From: an uncultured Bacilli bacterium
GTDB lineage: Bacteria; Bacillota_I; Bacilli_A; RF39; UBA660
DNA length: 64,000 nt
Direction: 5' to 3'
Assembly: GCA_944350345.1 (NCBI GenBank)
Contig: CALVOP010000002.1
Coordinates: 577-64,576, forward strand
Position numbers and translations under genes: made by a program. The notes under the pieces were generated by a model. The model had not been told where the DNA came from, ran no database searches, and saw only the letters and a list, made by a program, of their open reading frames with translations. Position 1 is the first letter of the stretch; the number at the start of each line of letters is the position of its first letter. Below are positions 8,598-17,130 of the stretch, piece by piece.

Positions 8598-10362
8598 AAT
8601 TAATGATAGATATCAAATTATTAAGACTTTAGGTGAAGGTGGAATGGCCAATGTTTATTTGGCTTATGATACTATTTTGGATAGAAAAGTCGCCGTTAAA
8701 GTTTTAAGGGGTGACCTTGCAAATGATGAAAAGTTTGTTAGGCGTTTTCAACGTGAAGCTTTATCTGCTTCTAGTTTATCTCATCCTAACATCGTTGAAA
8801 TGTATGATGTTGGTGAAGATGATGGACAGTATTATATTGTGATGGAATATGTTGAAGGTATAACTTTAAAGCAACTTCTTAAGAAACGTGGTAGTCTTAC
8901 TATAACTGAAGTCATGGATATTATGAGTCAGTTAACTGATGGTATGGCTCATGCTCATGATAGTTTTATTGTTCATAGAGATATAAAACCTCAAAACATA
9001 ATGATACTTGAAAACGGCGTCATTAAGATAACTGATTTTGGTATAGCTATGGCACTTAATTCTACTCAACTTACTCAAACTAATAGTGTAATGGGTAGTG
9101 TTCATTACTTACCACCAGAGCAAGCAAATGGTAAGGGTTCAACTATTAAAAGTGATATTTATTCTATGGGAATACTTATGTATGAACTTTTAACAGGTGG
9201 TGTTCCTTACAAAGGTGATAATGCTGTTGAAATTGCACTTAAACATTTAAAAGAACCTCTTCCTTCTATTAGAAAAGTTTTACCCGAGTTACCTCAATCA
9301 GTTGAAAATATCATTTTGAAAAGTACTGCTAAAAATCCACAAAATAGATATAAAGATGCTCGCGCTATGCATGAAGATATTGTAACTGCTTTGACTGATG
9401 AACGTGCGAATGAAAAAAGGTATGTTTATCCTTTCCCTGAAAATGATATTGAAAATACTAAGGTGTTAGATAATACAATTAAAGAAGTTAAAGAAAAGGA
9501 TAAAAAAGAAAAGGAAAATGAAAAGAAAAAGCTAGATTTTGAAATGAGAGAGGAAAATAGGAAACAAAATAAGATTTTAATTATTCTTGCATCTATTTTT
9601 GCAGGACTTGTAGTTATAACTGCATCCGTTGTAGTATTGCTTCCTAAACTTATGACAAAAGATAATATTGAAATACCTGACACTGTTATTGGGTTAAGTG
9701 AAAATGATGCGTATAATGACTTAGTTAAGTTAGGTTTTAATGTAGAAGTTAGTGATACTAAGGTGTCTAGTGATGATATTGAAGAAGGCCACGTAGTAAG
9801 AACTAGTCCTGAAGTGGGTAAAATAGTTAAAGAAGGTAGCACAGTTAAGTTGTTCTTATCTAGTGGTGAAGGTACTTTTGAGATTCCTGCTAGTTATATA
9901 GGTAGGAATTATATAGAAGTTAAAACTTTACTTGAAACAAATGAAGCTAATGTTATAGTAGAAACTATTAAAGTTAGTGAAGACGATGATTATGAAGCTG
10001 ATACTGTTATAGATATATCTCCTAAAGTTGGAGAAAAAGTTAAAAAGGGTTCAACTGTTACAATATATATTCCTGAAGTTGAAAAGAAATATCCTGACTT
10101 TGTTAAAGAAAATTATACAGTTGATAAAGTAAAAGATTTTTGTGAAGAAAATAATATTAATTTGGTAATTAAATATGAAGAAACTGACGAATATGTAGAA
10201 GGAACAATTCTTTATCAGAGTAGACCTGCTGAATCTGTAGTAGTAGAAGGAATTACTTTAAATATTACAGTTTCAACTAAACCAGAAATAGAAGAACCAA
10301 TTATAGATGAAGAAGGAAATTTAGATATTAATCCAGGGGAAAATGATGAAACAACAGAATAA
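8566..10362 (+). CDS. prkC: Ser/Thr protein kinase with three extracellular PASTA repeats (PrkC/PknB). The true start is probably TTG at 8578 (MIVKGSKINDRYQI...)
   Basis: Kinase motifs GEGGMANVYLA, HRDIKPQN and DFGIA are present. There is one TM segment, followed by three PASTA-like repeats. It overlaps the stp 3' end. Confidence 0.9.
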   Translation: MVIQLIVKGSKINDRYQIIKTLGEGGMANVYLAYDTILDRKVAVKVLRGDLANDEKFVRRFQREALSASSLSHPNIVEMYDVGEDDGQYYIVMEYVEGITLKQLLKKRGSLTITEVMDIMSQLTDGMAHAHDSFIVHRDIKPQNIMILENGVIKITDFGIAMALNSTQLTQTNSVMGSVHYLPPEQANGKGSTIKSDIYSMGILMYELLTGGVPYKGDNAVEIALKHLKEPLPSIRKVLPELPQSVENIILKSTAKNPQNRYKDARAMHEDIVTALTDERANEKRYVYPFPENDIENTKVLDNTIKEVKEKDKKEKENEKKKLDFEMREENRKQNKILIILASIFAGLVVITASVVVLLPKLMTKDNIEIPDTVIGLSENDAYNDLVKLGFNVEVSDTKVSSDDIEEGHVVRTSPEVGKIVKEGSTVKLFLSSGEGTFEIPASYIGRNYIEVKTLLETNEANVIVETIKVSEDDDYEADTVIDISPKVGEKVKKGSTVTIYIPEVEKKYPDFVKENYTVDKVKDFCEENNINLVIKYEETDEYVEGTILYQSRPAESVVVEGITLNITVSTKPEIEEPIIDEEGNLDINPGENDETTE

Positions 10363-11185
10363 TATAAAAGAAGGTAAGATTGTTAAAATAAATAAAGATT
10401 TGTACACTGTTCTATGTGATGAACGTGTACTTTCTTGTTATGTTAGGGGAAAACTTAAAGAGGATAAATTGACTGTTGGTGATAATGTTTTAGTCGATGT
10501 AAATAGTTTGACTATTGAAAAACAGTTGCCTAGAAAAAATACTCTTATTAGGCCTCTTGTGTCTAATATTGACTTACTTTTTATTGTTGTTAGTACTGAA
10601 GTTCCTGTTTTTAGTGAGTATTTGCTCGATAAGATGCTTTCTCTTTCTATTTATAATAAAATTGAGCCTATTATTATTGTTACAAAACTTGATAAGATCG
10701 ATGGTAATAGTAAAAGAAAAATATTTAAAACGTTAAAGTATTATAAGAAGTATTTTAAGGTTTATAAGAATAGTCAAATACGTAAAATTGTTAGAGAAAT
10801 TAAAGGTAAAACTATTGCTTTATGCGGTCAAACTGGTGCTGGAAAAAGTACTTTGTTAAATAAAATTGATAAAAATTTGAAACTTAATACTGATGAGGTT
10901 AGTTATTCTTTGGGTCGTGGTAAGCATACCACTAGGCTTGTTGAACTTATGAAGGTAAAGGGTGGTTTTATAGCTGATACTCCTGGCTTTAGTTCTCTTG
11001 ATTTGAATATAGATAAAGATGAGTTAAAATATACTTTTCCTGACTTTTGTTATGAGTGTAAGTATAAAAGTTGCAATCATGTGAGTGAAAATGGCTGTGA
11101 GGTTATAAAGGCAGTTAAAAATGGTAAGATACTTAAAAACAGATATGAAAACTATTTAAAATTGTTAAAGGAGGTTAGAAAATGA
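10343..11185 (+). CDS. rsgA: Ribosome small-subunit biogenesis GTPase RsgA
   Basis: G-motifs (GQTGAGKSTLLN, DTPGF) and a C-terminal zinc-finger cysteine cluster (CYECKYKSCNHVSENGC). Confidence 0.9.
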   Translation: MMKQQNNIKEGKIVKINKDLYTVLCDERVLSCYVRGKLKEDKLTVGDNVLVDVNSLTIEKQLPRKNTLIRPLVSNIDLLFIVVSTEVPVFSEYLLDKMLSLSIYNKIEPIIIVTKLDKIDGNSKRKIFKTLKYYKKYFKVYKNSQIRKIVREIKGKTIALCGQTGAGKSTLLNKIDKNLKLNTDEVSYSLGRGKHTTRLVELMKVKGGFIADTPGFSSLDLNIDKDELKYTFPDFCYECKYKSCNHVSENGCEVIKAVKNGKILKNRYENYLKLLKEVRK

Positions 11186-11820
11186 AGGTTAGTGTTTCTT
11201 TTTTGTCTTCTGTGTTAAAACCTAATTTGATTATTGATAGGATTAATAACACAACTGCTGATTTTGTTCATGTTGATGTGATGGATGGTAAGTTTGTTGA
11301 TAATAAAACTTATTCTATTGGAGAAGTTCTGAAATTAAGTAATTGTATGAAAAAACCAATGGATGTGCACTTAATGGTTAATAATCCTAAAAAATATATT
11401 GAAAAACTTGCTTTGTTAAATGTTGAGTATATTACTTTTCATTATGAAAGTGTTAAAAATATTGAAGATGTTATTGATTTAATTCATAATTGTGGCTTAA
11501 AAGCAGGAATTAGTATTAAGCCTTCTACAAATGCAAGTGAAATTATTAATTATTTAGATAAACTTGATTTGGTTTTGGTTATGAGTGTTGAACCTGGTAG
11601 AAGTGGTCAATCTTTTATGAATAGTGTTCTTTATAAGATTGAGTCTTTGAAAAAAGTTATTGATGAAAAGGGTTATAAAACTATTATTTCTGTAGATGGT
11701 GGTATTAATGAAGAAACTGCAAGGCTTGTTAAAGATAAAGGTGCAGATATGGTTGTGAGTGCTTCATTTTTGCATGATGGTGATATGATTAGTAAAGTTA
11801 ATTTGTTAAAAGAAATTTGA
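11182..11820 (+). CDS. rpe: Ribulose-phosphate 3-epimerase
   Basis: 212 aa. The VDVMDGKFV and MSVEPGRSGQSF motifs are typical of Rpe. Confidence 0.9.
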   Translation: MKVSVSFLSSVLKPNLIIDRINNTTADFVHVDVMDGKFVDNKTYSIGEVLKLSNCMKKPMDVHLMVNNPKKYIEKLALLNVEYITFHYESVKNIEDVIDLIHNCGLKAGISIKPSTNASEIINYLDKLDLVLVMSVEPGRSGQSFMNSVLYKIESLKKVIDEKGYKTIISVDGGINEETARLVKDKGADMVVSASFLHDGDMISKVNLLKEI

Positions 11821-11939
11821 TTTGTAAAAAAAGAAAATATAGCAAAATGTAAAAGTGTTTTGCTTTTTTAGTAATATAATAATATAGGAGGTATTAAAAT
11901 TTATTTAGAGTATTTTTTCTGGTTTTGTATTGAAATTGC

Positions 11940-11968
11940 TTGACAAACATATCATAATAATATAAAAT
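11940..11968 (+). promoter_or_regulatory. Sigma-A-type promoter of the infC-rpmI-rplT operon (TTGACA - 17 nt - TAAAAT)
   Basis: Consensus -35 at 11940-11945 and -10 at 11963-11968 with a 17-nt spacer, about 120 nt upstream of infC. Confidence 0.55.
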
Positions 11969-11974
11969 TAATTT

Positions 11975-12086
11975 TGTTGAAAAGAGAAAGTAGTGTACTC
12001 ACACTCACCTGATTGATGAAGTCAATAGGTAAAAAGCTTGTTAACTTGAGTTTTTTAGTGAGTACGTTAGTATTCACTTTTTATAT
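11975..12086 (+). ncRNA. Putative L20 (rplT) autoregulatory leader of the infC operon
   Basis: The leader is about 110 nt between the promoter and infC. There is long-range complementarity between GTACTCAC (11995-12002) and GTGAGTAC (about 12059-12066), enclosing a further hairpin. This matches the L20-leader architecture known in Bacilli. Confidence 0.4.
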
Positions 12087-12620
12087 TTGGAGGTGTTTAG
12101 AATAGCTAAACAAAATGATGCTCTTATAAATGAGCAAATAAAGTACAATGAGGTTATGGTTATTGGGCCTAATGGTGAAAAGTTAGGAATTAAGTCCATT
12201 GGTGACGCGCTTACTTTAGCACAGTATGCTGGACTTGATTTGGTACTTATGAGTGAAAGTAATGTTCCTGTTTGCAAAGTGATGGACTATAATAAGTTCA
12301 AATATGAAAAAAATAAAAAACAAAAAGAACAGATGAAGAGACAACGTGAAGCTAATCTTGAATTAAAAGAGTATAGGCTTAGCGTTACTATTGATACACA
12401 TGACTTTGAAACTAAATTAAAAAATGCTAGAAGTTATGTTGAAAAAGGTCATAAGGTAAAAGTTTCTGTGCGTTTTAAAGGTAGACAAATCGCACACCCT
12501 GAATTGGGTAAAGAGGTTATCTTAAAATTTGCAAATAGAATGGATGATATAGGTACTATACAAGAGGAACCAAAACTTGAAGGTAGATCAATTAGTTTGC
12601 TAGTCGCACCTAAAAAGTAA
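12087..12620 (+). CDS. infC: Translation initiation factor IF-3, probably with a non-AUG start (in-frame ATA at 12102, about 8 nt after GGAGG; or TTG 12087 / GTG 12093)
   Basis: The IF-3 N- and C-domains are recognisable (VMVIGPNGEKLGIKSIGDAL ... RFKGRQIAHPELGKEV). No ATG lies near the RBS. AUU/AUA starts are characteristic of infC. Confidence 0.85.
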   Translation: MEVFRIAKQNDALINEQIKYNEVMVIGPNGEKLGIKSIGDALTLAQYAGLDLVLMSESNVPVCKVMDYNKFKYEKNKKQKEQMKRQREANLELKEYRLSVTIDTHDFETKLKNARSYVEKGHKVKVSVRFKGRQIAHPELGKEVILKFANRMDDIGTIQEEPKLEGRSISLLVAPKK

Positions 12621-12637
12621 AGAAGGAGAGTGGTATT

Positions 12638-12832
12638 ATGCCAAAAACAAAAACACATAAGGGTATAGCTAAAAAGATAAAAGTAAGACCAGGTGGGTCA
12701 ACAAAAATAGGTAAACCAGGAAGTAATCATAAAACTGGTAAAAAACCAACTAGTTTTAATAGAAGTATGAGAAAAGGCTCTTCACTTAGTAGTGGAGATG
12801 CTAAGAGATATAAAAGAGAGTTAAGGGGGTAG
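12638..12832 (+). CDS. rpmI: 50S ribosomal protein L35
   Basis: MPKTKTHKGIAKKIKVRPGG... is a typical L35, and it sits in operon context. Confidence 0.9.
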   Translation: MPKTKTHKGIAKKIKVRPGGSTKIGKPGSNHKTGKKPTSFNRSMRKGSSLSSGDAKRYKRELRG

Positions 12833-12837
12833 TTTAG

Positions 12838-13332
12838 ATGACAAGAGTTAAAGGCGGAACTGTTACTAGAGCTAGAAGAAAAAAGGTTTTAAAACAAGCT
12901 AAAGGTTACTTTGGAAGTAAACATAGATTGTATAAAACAGCTCAAGAACAATTATTTCATAGTGGCGAATATAGTTTTAATGATAGAAAGAAAAATAAAG
13001 GTAATTTTAGAAAACTTTGGATTACAAGAATTAATGCTGCTTGTAGAAGTAATGGTATAAGTTATTCAAAATTTATGAATGGTCTTAAAAAAGCAAATAT
13101 TGAAGTAAATAGAAAGATGTTAAGTGAAATTGCTATTGCTGACGCTGATGAATTTGCTAATTTCGTTACATTAAGTAAAAATGCTTTAGAGGGAAAAACT
13201 GAGACAAAAAGTGAAGAAAAGTCTGATTTAAGCGCTTTTACAGTTGCTGAGTTAAAAGCAATGGCTAAAGAAAAAGGCATTGAAAACTATACTAACTTAA
13301 AAAAAGCTGAACTTATTGATGCTTTAAAGTAA
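12838..13332 (+). CDS. rplT: 50S ribosomal protein L20 with an unusual C-terminal extension of about 45 aa resembling a Rho-N/SAP-like helix-hairpin domain
   Basis: Residues 1-118 are canonical L20. The extension ...[34 protein letters not shown] matches the Rho_N-type motif (xxLKELAKELGIxGYSKMRKxELIxAI). Confidence 0.85.
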   Translation: MTRVKGGTVTRARRKKVLKQAKGYFGSKHRLYKTAQEQLFHSGEYSFNDRKKNKGNFRKLWITRINAACRSNGISYSKFMNGLKKANIEVNRKMLSEIAIADADEFANFVTLSKNALEGKTETKSEEKSDLSAFTVAELKAMAKEKGIENYTNLKKAELIDALK

Positions 13333-13361
13333 AAACTATTGAGAAATTTCAATAGTTTTTT
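13332..13361. terminator. Bidirectional rho-independent terminator between rplT and gatD
   Basis: AAAACTATTGAGAAATTTCAATAGTTTTTT is a perfect hairpin flanked by A-run and T-run. Confidence 0.7.
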
Positions 13362-14100
13362 AATTTATAAAATTTTCTAAGAATGTTTCATATGCTTTTA
13401 TCTCTGATGTGTTTTTGAATACTTTGAATTTATAAGTGTTATCTTTTTCCTTTGTTATTTTTTTTATGTAGTAGTCTGTTAAATATGGATTTCTTATAAA
13501 TAATGGACCTAGTAGATATGTTCCAAGAAAGTTTTTGTATAAATAACCTTCATATAGACTTTTTGGCTCGTATCCAACTCCATGATTTATTTTTATGAAG
13601 TATTTGTCACTTTCGTGAATCGTTCCGCCTCGGTTTTGGAAACCTATTATTTCTTTGTCTAAAAAATTGCAGTTGCCACTTGTCGTTCCAACTATTCTAA
13701 AATCGCAGTCTTCCATAAAGTCTTTTTTGTTTATTCTTTTTGTGTAATATGGGAAAATATTTAAACATTCTATTTTGTTTCCTTCAAAATCAATAATGTG
13801 TTTTCCAAATAGTTCGTATGCATTTCCTGTTAAAAAGTAGTATTTTCCATTTTCTATAGATTTTTTTATTTCTTCCTTGTATTTCATTAAATCGTTTAAT
13901 ACTAATAATTGTCCTTTTTCTGTTCCCATTCCCATATAATATATGTCGTATTTTTCAAAGTCTATTTTGTCATTTATTGTTAGAAAGTGAATTTCACATT
14001 TGATGCTTTGTCTTTCAAAATGTTCTTTTAGTGCACGTATATTTCCATTTTCACCATATAAGTTCATTATGTCATAATATAGATGTGCGATTTTAATCAT
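13360..14100 (-). CDS. gatD: Lipid II isoglutaminyl synthase glutaminase subunit GatD (CobB/CobQ-like GATase)
   Basis: YKNFLGTYLLGPLF aligns with S. aureus GatD (YKNLLGTYLHGPIL). It is 246 aa and immediately downstream of murT, overlapping it by 8 nt. Confidence 0.85.
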   Translation of the reverse strand: MIKIAHLYYDIMNLYGENGNIRALKEHFERQSIKCEIHFLTINDKIDFEKYDIYYMGMGTEKGQLLVLNDLMKYKEEIKKSIENGKYYFLTGNAYELFGKHIIDFEGNKIECLNIFPYYTKRINKKDFMEDCDFRIVGTTSGNCNFLDKEIIGFQNRGGTIHESDKYFIKINHGVGYEPKSLYEGYLYKNFLGTYLLGPLFIRNPYLTDYYIKKITKEKDNTYKFKVFKNTSEIKAYETFLENFIN

Positions 14101-15436
14101 GTGTAATTCCTTCTTTCTTTAGTATTTCTTTTAATTCGCTTTCTTTGTCAAAACATACCATTGAATATATATTTCCTTTTGTTTTGTTTTTTAGTGTGTC
14201 GATTATCTCTGTTTCTAAGTTTTCTATTAGTATTAATTTTTCTTTCTCAATTTTAGCGTACTCTAGTCTTGTCATTATGTCGTATTTGAATCTTCCTATT
14301 ACTACAATTTTATCTATGTTTTTGTCTTTTAAACTTTCAAAGTCTATATCCCATAACCATGATACATCATTTTCTTTATATCGTCTTGAACTGTTATCAA
14401 ATCCTAATACTATTGTTTTTGTCCCTTTTTCGTGTAATATGTAATCTATGCTTTGTTTGTAACTTAGGTTGTTTTCGTTTTTGCTTGATAGCATTTGCCA
14501 TGTTCTACCATAGAAATTGTATATGTTTAATCTTTTTGGTATAAATGGGTCGATGTTTATTGCATGTAATATTTTTTCTTTTTTTAGTCCTAATGTATTT
14601 GCTAAACTGTATGCTGCAGTTGTAAAGTATACTGAATATAAAAAGTTTGAAGGTATTTTTATTTCGTCTTTGTTTATGAAAATTGTTTTATTTTCTATAT
14701 CTATTGTGTGGGCTAAAAACTCTGGATTCGGTCTTTCAAAATTACATTTTGTGCATTTATATTTTCCCAAATGTCCATAATGATAAAATTCATATGTTAA
14801 TTTGTTACCACATATTGGACAATATTGTGCATCTATATTGTGTAAGTTTGTTTCTTTTGAATATTTTATTTTATCCATGCCATAGTAAGTTTTTTTACCT
14901 TTATGATCAAGCGTTAATGCATATACTAGTGGGTCGTCTACGTTTACGACTAAATGCATGTTGTCTTTTAATATGCTTTTAATTAGGCTTTGTATGTATT
15001 CAGGATGTGCATTTCTAGGTGGTTGATCTCTAGTTATATTTGTTATTACTAAATGTGTTAATGTGAAATGCTCGAGTAGGTGTACCATGTGTTTTTCATC
15101 AAGTTCCATTAATAATGCTTGTTTTTTGTATTTACCATTTAATGAAGTGTTTGAAAGTATCAATGAAGTAATGCCATTAATCGCATTGCTTCCATTTTTG
15201 TTGTATGCATATGTTATATTGTTTTTGTTCAGTATATGAGCGATTAGTTCTGTTGTACTTCCTTTGCCACTTGAACCTGTTACTCCAATTACATATTTTG
15301 GATATTTTATATTATTTAAAACGTTTGGATATATTTTAAGTGCCCAGTAACCGCCTATTACTGTTCCTTCTTTTTTAAATAGTTTACTTAGTGTATTTGC
15401 TATTCTACATATTATTATTGCTAATGCTATACGCAT
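14093..15436 (-). CDS. murT: Lipid II isoglutaminyl synthase MurT (Mur-ligase family, Cys4 zinc ribbon, DUF1727 C-terminus)
   Basis: It has a GVTGSSGKGST P-loop and a CPICGNKL...CTKCNF zinc ribbon. The murT-gatD pair arrangement is present. Confidence 0.85.
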   Translation of the reverse strand: MRIALAIIICRIANTLSKLFKKEGTVIGGYWALKIYPNVLNNIKYPKYVIGVTGSSGKGSTTELIAHILNKNNITYAYNKNGSNAINGITSLILSNTSLNGKYKKQALLMELDEKHMVHLLEHFTLTHLVITNITRDQPPRNAHPEYIQSLIKSILKDNMHLVVNVDDPLVYALTLDHKGKKTYYGMDKIKYSKETNLHNIDAQYCPICGNKLTYEFYHYGHLGKYKCTKCNFERPNPEFLAHTIDIENKTIFINKDEIKIPSNFLYSVYFTTAAYSLANTLGLKKEKILHAINIDPFIPKRLNIYNFYGRTWQMLSSKNENNLSYKQSIDYILHEKGTKTIVLGFDNSSRRYKENDVSWLWDIDFESLKDKNIDKIVVIGRFKYDIMTRLEYAKIEKEKLILIENLETEIIDTLKNKTKGNIYSMVCFDKESELKEILKKEGITHD

Positions 15437-15593
15437 AAAATCACCTATAAAAATTATATAATACTCATTTTTTTATTTCAATCTTACCTGTAAAGTGCTT
15501 TATGTGTATTTGTCAGTTAAAAACTAAAACTAGTTTTGTCGAATTGAATGAAAATTGTTTTTATATAATTTATTATATAAATAGGTGATTAGT

Positions 15594-15821
15594 GTGAATA
15601 TGGTTTTTAAAGATGATACTCTTTATATAGATTTAAAAGGTGATATGGATATTATTGATTTAAATATACTAAAAACACGTATTTTTAGTGTGTTATCTCA
15701 ATATAGTATAGATAATATAGTCCTTAATACAGCAGGCGCGTTTAATCTAAATAGGCGCGCAATTAATAATATTAAAAGGGAATGCGAGTCAAAATATTTT
15801 GGTAGTTTTAAAATAATATAA
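15594..15821 (+). CDS. Hypothetical small cytoplasmic protein (the ORF track starts at 15585; start ambiguous between GTG 15594 and ATG 15600)
   Basis: 75-78 aa ORF preceded by AGGTGA, with no family recognised. A terminator follows at 15822-15850. Confidence 0.4.
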   Translation: MNMVFKDDTLYIDLKGDMDIIDLNILKTRIFSVLSQYSIDNIVLNTAGAFNLNRRAINNIKRECESKYFGSFKII

Positions 15822-15855
15822 AAAAACTAACACTTTTGTTAGTTATTTTTTATAA

Positions 15856-15931
15856 TGGTGACCTGTACGGGATTTGAACCCGTGAATGCACGCGTGAAAG
15901 GCGTGTGTGTTAACCATTTCACCAACAGGCC
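15856..15931 (-). tRNA. tRNA-Glu (anticodon UUC)
   Basis: Hand-folded cloverleaf. Acceptor stem GGCCTGT/ACAGGTC (including a G-U pair), anticodon stem CACGC/GCGTG, loop CUUUCAC, T-loop GGTTCAAATCC, and a 3' CCA is encoded. Confidence 0.85.
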
Positions 15932-15939
15932 ATTTAAAA

Positions 15940-16016
15940 TGGTGGGCCTGAATGGACTTGAACCATCGACCTTTCGCTTATCAGACGAACGCTCTAACCA
16001 ACTGAGCTACAAGCCC
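15940..16016 (-). tRNA. tRNA-Ile (anticodon GAU)
   Basis: Acceptor stem GGGCTTG/CAGGCCC, anticodon loop CUGAUAA, GGTTCAAGTCC T-arm, and CCA is encoded. The sequence is close to the canonical bacterial tRNA-Ile(GAU). Confidence 0.85.
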
Positions 16017-16198
16017 CTTTAAAAACCTATCTTATTTTATCTTATTTTGCTTTCTTTTGCAATAGTTAATTTAAAAATAATATAAAATTGGTAAATTAAT
16101 TCTAGCATAGTTGTATTATAAAGTAAAATGTTTTTTTAATTATTGAATAATAATTAAATCTATAGTAATATATTTATAGAATAAAAGGTGGTAACAAT

Positions 16199-17074
16199 AT
16201 GGATATAATTAGAGAACTTTTTACTTTAACTCCTTATCAATTTGTAAATATTATTATTTTTTTATGGCTTTTTGCATTGTTCACTTTTGTTATTTTTATA
16301 TTTGTTACCGCTATTAGTTGGAAATTGTTTGAAAAAGCAGGAAAAAATGCTAAGGAGGCTTTTATACCAATTTATAATTTGACTGTGCTTTTCCAGATTG
16401 CTGAAATTCCTTCATACTACTTTCTTATTTTATTAATACCTGGTTTTAATATAATTTTGATTATATTTGTTGAATATAAACTTGCTAAACTTTTTAATGT
16501 TAGTAATGGATTTATGTGGGGAATGATTCTTTGTCCGGTTGTGTTTATTCCTATGTTAGCCCATGGTAATTTTGTTTATAAAAAGCCTGAGGAAGAAAGG
16601 TTTATAAGTGTAAGTGATAAAATGCCCACTGTTTTAAGTCAGGAACAAATTGATGCGATTAATCGTGAAGAAGTAAAAGATTCTGAAGTTGATAATGTTT
16701 TCAAATCAGAAATAAAACAAACGGAATACGTCTCTCCTTATAAATCTCAAGAAGTTAAATATAATCAAAATTTAATTGATGCCGTGGATACTAAACCTGA
16801 ATTTATTGAGCGTGTAGAACCTGTCAAAGCTGAGGATATAGAAGGAGAAAAAGATTCTGAAGTTGATAATGTTTTCAAATCAGAAATAAAACAAACGGAA
16901 TATGTTCCTCCTTATAAATCACAAAAGGTTCAAGTTAAGCAAAATTTGAATGACGTTGTTGATGTTAAGCCTGAATTTATAAAACGGGTAGAACCTGTTA
17001 AGGCTAAAGATATAGAAGAAGTAAAAAAAGCTAAATTTGTAGATGAAGATAAGATAGAAATAGTGGAATTGTAG
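16199..17074 (+). CDS. DUF5684-like polytopic membrane protein with a C-terminal tandem 58-aa repeat
   Basis: The N-terminus WKLFEKAGKNAKEAFIPIYNLTVLFQIAEIPSYYFLILLIPGFNIILIIF matches the DUF5684 signature. The C-terminus has two near-identical units (KDSEVDNVFKSEIKQTEYV.PYKSQ...). Confidence 0.6.
   Translation: MDIIRELFTLTPYQFVNIIIFLWLFALFTFVIFIFVTAISWKLFEKAGKNAKEAFIPIYNLTVLFQIAEIPSYYFLILLIPGFNIILIIFVEYKLAKLFNVSNGFMWGMILCPVVFIPMLAHGNFVYKKPEEERFISVSDKMPTVLSQEQIDAINREEVKDSEVDNVFKSEIKQTEYVSPYKSQEVKYNQNLIDAVDTKPEFIERVEPVKAEDIEGEKDSEVDNVFKSEIKQTEYVPPYKSQKVQVKQNLNDVVDVKPEFIKRVEPVKAKDIEEVKKAKFVDEDKIEIVEL
16673..17020 (+). repeat. Tandem direct repeat, 2 x 174 bp, inside the DUF5684 gene
   Basis: 16673-16846 compared with 16847-17020. 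The first ~75 nt are nearly identical and the rest is about 80% identical. Confidence 0.8.
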
Positions 17075-17130
17075 TTAACACATAACTTTACACACTATTT
17101 TTTTTGTTGTAAAATGGTTATGGTGATAGA

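Noticed and set aside
8312-10736. ORF-track ORFs 8312-8539(-), 9426-9842(-) and 10515-10736(+)
   Set aside because: They are embedded in or antisense to the well-supported stp, prkC and rsgA genes. They have no RBS and their composition is consistent with shadow ORFs.
12074-12658. Minus-strand ORFs 12074-12277 and 12449-12658 overlapping infC
   Set aside because: They are antisense to infC/rpmI, and the infC identity is secure.
14145-14982. Four + strand ORFs inside murT/gatD
   Set aside because: They are antisense shadows of the MurT gene, with Leu/Phe/Ile-rich nonsense translations.
1-17020. The tandem repeats as a CRISPR array
   Set aside because: The repeats are long (174 bp and about 1.2 kb), in-frame coding duplications without unique spacers. 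No cas genes are present.
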